From the human T2T-CHM13v2.0 reference genome, Homo sapiens, in the NCBI RefSeq assembly GCF_009914755.1, contig NC_060932.1: a stretch of DNA of 64,000 bases. One strand, 5' to 3'. Below, in pieces: positions 56,941 to 64,000 of the stretch; the stretch's first letter is position 1; the number at the start of each line of letters is the position of its first letter. The position numbers and the translations under genes are program-made. The notes under the pieces are model-generated. The model made no database searches and was not told where the DNA came from. It worked only from the letters and a program-made list of their open reading frames with translations.

Positions 56941-58939
56941 ATTTTCTGTATTCTTCACAATTCCCCTGGGTAACCAATAAGATGATTTTAAACTAAAAGA
57001 TAGCTTGTTGTTAGGTCATCACAACCATCCCACAAGTGTTTGCCTTGGTGTTTTCAAAGGATCTCTGAAGATGCTTTATGAATCATTTCTTGTTGTTAGA
57101 TGCCTAAGTGCAGTTGTCAAGGCTGTAGAACTGCCAAGGAGGAAGGGAAGGCAGTGCCAGCTGAAACAGCAGAGAGATTCAGGAGAGTGATGCAGAAATA
57201 CTCGTGGAGACTCTCATTTCTGACCTGGATCTCAAATAATAAATGATGATTTATTCCTTTATCATTCAGACAGTCTTGTGCACCTACTGCAACCAGACCC
57301 CTGCTGGATCCTGAAGCTCGAAAAGGGAATAAGATGTATTTTCCACCTTCAGTTTAGTTGCTCATTTTTTACTTCTCTTACAGGAGAGAAGACGTGTTTT
57401 CTTGACAACAGCACAGTACCTAGGTATATCTATATTTACTCTGTGTGTGTGAGAGGGAGATCAATATGTATAAATTTGGTAGTATGCTTTATTTTTTTCT
57501 TTAATTTTCATTAAAATTTTGTTTTACTTGTTTTCTTTTCTAATAATATATCTAATGGCTTACATCTTTCTTAATAGATAAAAATATCCTTATGAGCAAA
57601 TATTTCTACTCAGCTCTGGTGCTTCTTTTTCTGCTACACATTCTATGCAGCTCAAATCCCATTCTACTCATGAATCCTTTTTGATACCTGTAGTCACGTT
57701 AGGCTCTGCCCCATACTTTATACAGACAGTCTTGTAATGTAATTGTCTTTCACTAGTGCCTCCAACTGAGCTTTAGTCTCTTCAAGGACAGAAGAGGACA
57801 TTGTTGAGGCCTTCACAATATTGTCTATCCAAGTGGACCCTTGAGGGCAATGGTTTGTACTCCTAGTGGGAGGCATCAGTGAATAATAGCTGAATAATAT
57901 CTTGCTTTTATTATGTTTTTAGCTTTTCTGTATGTTTGTGACTAGCATGCATATAGTAGGTGTGTAGAAAGTAGATACATTTATTTAACTGTTATTTGAG
58001 ATGCAGGACAGAGTTTCCAGTGCCATTTTTTATAGCTTTTGATTTTTTTCTGACCTCTAGACCTTTCTAGGCCTTTTGATAAATTATCTTCTCCTCCCCC
58101 CGAGCTTTCCCCTCAAGGAGAGGATACTTCCTTTAGGTCATGATGCTAATATGTCTGTGCTAACATCTGAAATTCAAGTTCACTGTTTTTCTTCCCCCAT
58201 CTCACGTAGCCTGTGTATGTACATATGCCTGTGGACATTACACTTACAGACACATACAAATTTCTTTCTGATCACTGTGACTTTCTGAGCCCTTGTCTTC
58301 AGAGGTCATTTTCCTGAGAGCTTGTGACTAGTTCGGAATACAGAGGAGCTCTTAGATATCTTCTCATACAAGAGAAGGAAGCAATTTGCGACCTAACAAT
58401 AGGGTTAATGTCAGCTGGTCATAGTTTAGTGAGTTTAATTACTGGAATTTCTATATAATATTACCCCAAATGACATCTGGGTTGGAATGAACATGAGATT
58501 CCTTTTGGGTGAGCAAAATAAAACAGGCCATGCAAAACTATGCTCTGTCTAATCCTTGTGCCTGATGCACACGGGCTTCAGTGACATTTCTGGAACTGAT
58601 TTGTACTTAGCCAAGATGCACTTTTTAATAAACTGCAAGAGGAAAATGGCATTAGCTACTTTAACAAGGAAGCAAAATATATAGTTGGAAAGTGAGAATG
58701 AAAAATGCTTAAGTAAAAAGATGAAAGAATTTTTCCTTGTTCACCCACCTCATTCCCCGGATTAATTAATACCTATTTTGCCTCCAAGTAAATACAGGAT
58801 CAAAATGGTAATGAAATGAATTCATTTTTGCAAGCATTGTGAATTGGACTAATTTCAAATTTGTTTTAATGAAGGCAAGCGTAAGCACTGACAATTGCAG
58901 GAAGCTCAATCTAGTATTGAAGATGAGCTAACTAATGCC

Positions 58940-59101
58940 TTTCATTTCAAAGTGTAATCCATGAACCAGCTTCATAGCATCATCTAGAAGCTTCTTAGCA
59001 ATGCCGAGTTTTAACCCCTATACATAGATCTCCTGAATTCGAATCTACATTTAGCAAGACCCCCAAGAGACATATATGCACGTGAAAATGGGGAATCACT
59101 G
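58940..59101. mobile_element. MER5A/B-like (hAT-Charlie)
   Basis: caaagtgtaatccatgaaccagc...agcatcatctagaagctt...gaatctacatttagcaagaccccca...atatgcacg...gaatcactgg. Confidence 0.75.
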
Positions 59102-59570
59102 GCCCATGATGTTGCATTTCTGTTAGGGGCTTTCTCCCATAGAGTAACCAAAGAACCAGTCACCCAAGGGAGATAAACTGAGGACCAGATTTGAGAGGTT
59201 TCCAGCCACACAGGGAGGAATGCACAGATGCATGCTGGATTCCGCGGTGCCAAACCAAACAGTTTGCCATTTGCTCTGACTGTTTTATTGCCCTGAAACT
59301 ATGCACTCAGCTTCTTCTGAGGCTTCCAACACACAATGAATCCACAGAAAAAATAAATAATGTAAAGGTTTTCTAAGGCACTTGGCAGCAGAAGGAATTT
59401 TTAGTGGGGCTCAGATTGAGGGAGGGGTGGAGAAGAGGAAGAAATGGAATTTGGACATATAGCAGAAAGGAATTCCTAAACACTTTCCGAGTTTCATCAC
59501 CTTGGCAGGTTGAAAAAGGAATTTGTATGTGACAGATTCTAGAATTTGCCCTGAAAAATTTCTGATGGCG

Positions 59571-59875
59571 GGCTGGGCACGGTGGCTCACGCCTGTAATC
59601 CCAGCACTATGGGAGGCCAAGGCGGGTGGATAGCCTGAGGTCAGGAGTTCGAGACCAGGCTGCTTAACAGAGTGAAACCCCCGTCTCTACTAAAAATACA
59701 AAAAATTAGCTGGGCGTGGTGGTGGGCACCTGTAATTTCAGCTACTCGGGAGGCTGAGGCAGGACAATTGCTTGATCCAGGAGGCGTAGGAGGCAGTGAG
59801 CTGAGATCAGGCCATTGCACTCCACCCTGGGCAACAAGAGGTAAACTCTGTCTCAAAAAAAAAATAAAAAAATAA
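59571..59875 (+). mobile_element. AluS (Sq/Sp-like)
   Basis: Full dimeric Alu; TSD aaaaatttctgatgg / aaaaattctgatgg. Confidence 0.97.
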
Positions 59876-60804
59876 AAAAAATTCTGATGGTTGAGGGAAT
59901 GAGAGTCTAAACATTTTGAGCAAAGGACTTGACACATTGATTGCTTTAGGTCCTAGGTCTTGTGTGTTTTAGTGAGAAGTGAGTTGCTTCTGCCGTCTTC
60001 AATAAGATACATTTCAGTTACAGCCTCTTCATCCCGCCATTCGGTGTTTTCATTTGGGCAGTAGACAGCTAAAATATTGGCCAATGAAGGAAAACAGATT
60101 TCCCAATGAATAGTTCTACGCCATGAATAAATGAGATTAGAGGGATGCCTAAACTAATTCCAGGTTATTACAGTCTTCATCTCTATCCTAATTATCTTTA
60201 GTTTCACTCCTGGTTTATGGACAGAAATTTAAAGCCAGTACATTTTATCTTCTGTATCATTTAGTCCCCTTTTGACTGAAGCATTGCAATATTCTCTTTA
60301 ATTTTCATGAGAATGAATTTCACCTTTTATGACATTCAAAGACATTATGATGTCTTTATGAAAAATGATGTCACCCTGATATCAGCAATAAAATAACAAT
60401 GTCCTAATGCCAATAAATGTGTTAACCATATCAGTCATCTTTCAGCTTTTCTGGCTTTGCTTCGGAAACTGCAGAAAACCTCAAGGTTTTTAATTTGTGA
60501 GCTCTGCAGAAGCAGTCATGGCACTTTACATTTTCGTCTGGTTGAATGCTCAGGAAATGGACCATAATTAAGTGACTATCTTGGTAACAGGCAGGGTTAT
60601 TTGGATAATGCCTAAATCAGACTGGATTTTGCAGACTTTCATGTATCTGTGTATGTGAGGCGGGGCGGGGTTTGGGAAATGTATCCTCAGGTACTATCTG
60701 GTCTGGACCCAAGGAAGCCGGTGCTGTTTTATTCCTTACATTTAAAGTCCTGCTTTGGGAGTCATCCTCTGGGAAACAGCCTGCTGAGACTTGGAATAGG
60801 CTAA

Positions 60805-61183
<379 letters not shown>

Positions 61184-61479
61184 TGAATCAACCTTTATGG
61201 AGGGTTTATGCTTAGGATCATATCAGAAACCCTGCAGGATATCAAAGATATATAACATAAAGCTTTCTTTGAGCAGCTTATATTTTTTTGGTTGGGGAGA
61301 ATAAGTTTCCAGACAGTATATAATTAGAGAAAAAGCAAAAATGTAGAGTTTTCACTCCCAGTTAGCATGGAGCCTGTTTTTTGGGATTCTAGCATGCTAG
61401 AGCTTATCAAGTTGTGATTTGAATTACAGAAACCAAGGACATTGGATCCAGACCCTCCAAACTGTGGACTTTCAGAGAC

Positions 61480-61780
61480 AGGAAATCAGCATGGGCTTCG
61501 TTGGTCAGGAGAAGCTTCCGGCAGAAAGAGAACTTGAGTGGGTTTGTGAGGATGAGTGGGAAGTGCGTGAATAGAGAGACACCAGGGAAGTCATCGTATG
61601 TCAGGCAGTCAGAATAATCACAAAAGTGAGAGAAGCCTGGCATGTATTTGGAAAAATGAGAGATACTCCTGGTTGGGGAGATACCACACAGGTGATAAAG
61701 GTGATTGATAAAGATAGGGTCAGATTTCAGAATAACTTGACTATAAAACAGGGGTATTTTAACTTGATCCCATAAGGTCT
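61480..61780 (-). mobile_element. L2 fragment
   Basis: ggtcaggagaagcttcc...cttgagtggg...cacaaaagtgag...gcctggcatgtatttgg. Confidence 0.65.
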
Positions 61781-62049
61781 GACACCAGACACTTTTCCCC
61801 CATAGAAAAATATAATACGGATAATATTGTGACATGTGCCTGTGAGCTACTCAGAGATTTGTGCAATTCTCAACATTTTCCATTTATAATTCTCTCCACC
61901 TGCCTTGCCCCACCACCACCCTGGGTTGAAAATGGCGTACTGAAATCCACGTAAATGAGATACCTCAAAAAACAGTAGGTAGAATTCATAGTTACATTAT
62001 ATGAAAAGGTAAGTTCAAAAATTTCAGTATGTTTTTTAGTTCTGCAATT

Positions 62050-62445
62050 ATTTTATTCAATAAGTGTTGAGGAGGCAACTTTAAGCTACAGGCTATAAGG
62101 TAAACTAAGTCAGATGGAGACACTGCCTTTGAGGAGCTTACATTCTTTGGGGAGAGATGATCCATCAACTAGTAGTTATTATATAGTGTTGGAAGAACTG
62201 TAATGATGGAAGCGTAGGATGTGATGTGAGCTTTGTGAGGGGACTCTCATTAGAACTGGCCTTGACAAGTCTATCCAAAGGAGGTGACATTTAGATTGAG
62301 GACTGAGGAGGTAGTGGTCTTACCCAAGTGAAGAGCCTGGGGTAAAGTGTTCAGGCAGAGGGGTATCCGCGTACACAAAGGCCAAGAATTCACCATTGTT
62401 TCTGGGGCTGCTGTGCAACAGAAAGTCAGTATGGAAGGAAGACTA
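62050..62445 (-). mobile_element. L2 3' fragment
   Basis: ttattcaataagtgttga, ctgcctttgaggagcttacattct, gaggtgacatttagattgag, gttcaggcagaggg...caaaggcc. Confidence 0.75.
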
Positions 62446-63040
62446 GTAAATCGGTAACATTGTTTATTCATTGGACAAATGACTGAGTACACATTGGAGG
62501 CTGTTTGTCCTTATTAGGTGATGTTATTCTCTGCAAAAGGGTGATGGAGAATCCAGTAACGAGGCCTGGAAACCAAAGGGCAAATTTATCACCTTTTTAG
62601 ACGCGCCCACCAGTCCCCAGAGGACGCGTCCCAGCAGATGATTCTTGTTCAATCAGCCAACAACTGGGTTTGGAGGAGAAAGCCAAAGCATCCCCAGGGG
62701 GTCGACTGCTTCCCTAAGGCGTGTCAGCGGGTTGACAGAGCACAAGCATTGCTTCTAGAGCAAATATTGAGCGTGGTTTTCAGAGAAAAGGTTTATCTTT
62801 GGGGTATAATTATTTGGCCCACTTAATAGACGTCTTGAAAAATAGGGCTCTCTTCTTTTTAGCAGAGCTTGAACAAAAGGAAACTTAAAATCAATTAGAG
62901 GGAAAGAGAAAACCTATTTCTGTCCTTTTGGAGACAAAAGCTGTAACACAATTGGTTAAAATTCGGGGAATCAGATCCTCCTGGGCGGTGGGGGAAATAC
63001 TGCTGCAGGACCGCGGAGCCCTGGCTTCAAACGCAGGCTC

Positions 63041-63060
63041 CTGCTGCCATCTTGTGGCGA
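63041..63060 (-). promoter_or_regulatory. Candidate CTCF site (overlapping YY1-like AAGATGGC)
   Basis: Minus strand reads TCGCCACAAGATGGCAGCAG, a close match to the CTCF core CCASYAGRKGGCRS, in non-repeat DNA with retained CpGs. Confidence 0.6.
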
Positions 63061-63978
63061 GAAGGCGCCTTCTGCCTCAGAACTAGCTGCAAATTCCGAG
63101 CTGTTGTGCTTCTCGTGGCTCCATCCACAAGATGCATTAAACAAACGCGAGCCAGGGATTCCAGTAGGGAATTTAACACTGGCCTGCCAGGAATTAATTT
63201 CTCTACTGACAGCATTGCCTTCTGCATCCTCCTTCTTTTGGAAAAGGCAAAATTTCATCCTTTCAGCGGTGTAACTGGGAGCCAGCCCAGCTTTGATGGA
63301 ACCACGATTTGACCTTTTAAAGCATGTTGGAGGGTAATAATATGGACCATTAGCCTTATTCTTCTCCTAAAGGAAGGTTCTGGTTTTTCTAGTGGAGGAA
63401 CCTTTTACAATCTGGATGGAGGAAATGCTGAGATGCTCTATAACATCAGGGAAGAATATTGCCATCTTTCTCCTCACCAGGCTTCCATTTCATCGTTCCC
63501 CCACCGTACTTGAAAGGTTTTTTATGATCCAACAAATTACCTTTTTTTAAAAAAAGCAGTTAATTTATTGTTTATTTGGTATTCATCAAAGAGACCCCTA
63601 AGTGTCAATTTTGGTTTCTGGAAACTGAGAAATGACAAACACAGCTAGCCTGGGTTAATATCATTCCAGCCCAAAGCAAAGAAGTTGGATGTTTTGGCAG
63701 CTTGTGCAGTTTTATTGTGGATAAACAGGCAGTGTCTGTTAGGTTTGGAAATACTGAACAGAGGCCACGGGCTCCCACTCCCATATTTGAAGAAGCAACT
63801 TGGAGTCCGTGACCTAGGTGGGCTGACTCCAGGTGACTGCAGGGTAAAAGCCTGACATATACTCTGCTCGCAGCAGCAGTCCTTTCAAAGCGTGGCCAGT
63901 GCAGAGCTGTGAGGCTAGTAAACATCCATGTGACAAGCCATCTGTTTGTTTAACATTTGGACACTAACGTGAATCTGA

Positions 63979-64000
63979 ACTTACCGACCTCTTCAGACCA
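63979..64000 (-). other. Candidate 5' splice site / exon end at window edge
   Basis: Minus strand TGGTCTGAAGAGGTCG|GTAAGT has a perfect intronic donor hexamer; only 16 nt of putative exon visible. Confidence 0.3.

Noticed and set aside
61407-61835. 142 aa minus-strand ORF
   Set aside because: Overlaps a decayed L2 fragment and has no recognisable protein motif

Overview
AT-rich, CpG-depleted primate (most likely human) genomic DNA. It is dominated by interspersed repeats: ten near-full-length Alus plus two Alu fragments, young and ancient L1 fragments, L2/MIR relics, MaLR/ERV LTRs including a two-LTR THE1D element with a perfect TSD, DNA-transposon fossils (MER82, MER2, MER33, MER58, MER5, MADE1) and a full-length 7SL retropseudogene. 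I find no supportable cellular protein-coding gene. The only ORFs with recognisable protein similarity are frameshifted L1 ORF2p C-terminal fragments (40.7-41.8 kb); the other ORFs look like chance or repeat-derived frames. The window reads as intronic or intergenic. The last ~1.4 kb is the best candidate for function: retained CpGs, a strong CTCF-like motif and a consensus minus-strand splice donor 16 nt from the edge. I see no evidence for a novel multi-gene system. The most unusual items are small: a minisatellite built from a DNA-transposon terminus, a templated-insertion-like scar and a possible tiny L1 3' transduction. Repeat subfamily names come from remembered consensus sequences, and boundaries of old repeats are approximate; both need RepeatMasker/Dfam confirmation.
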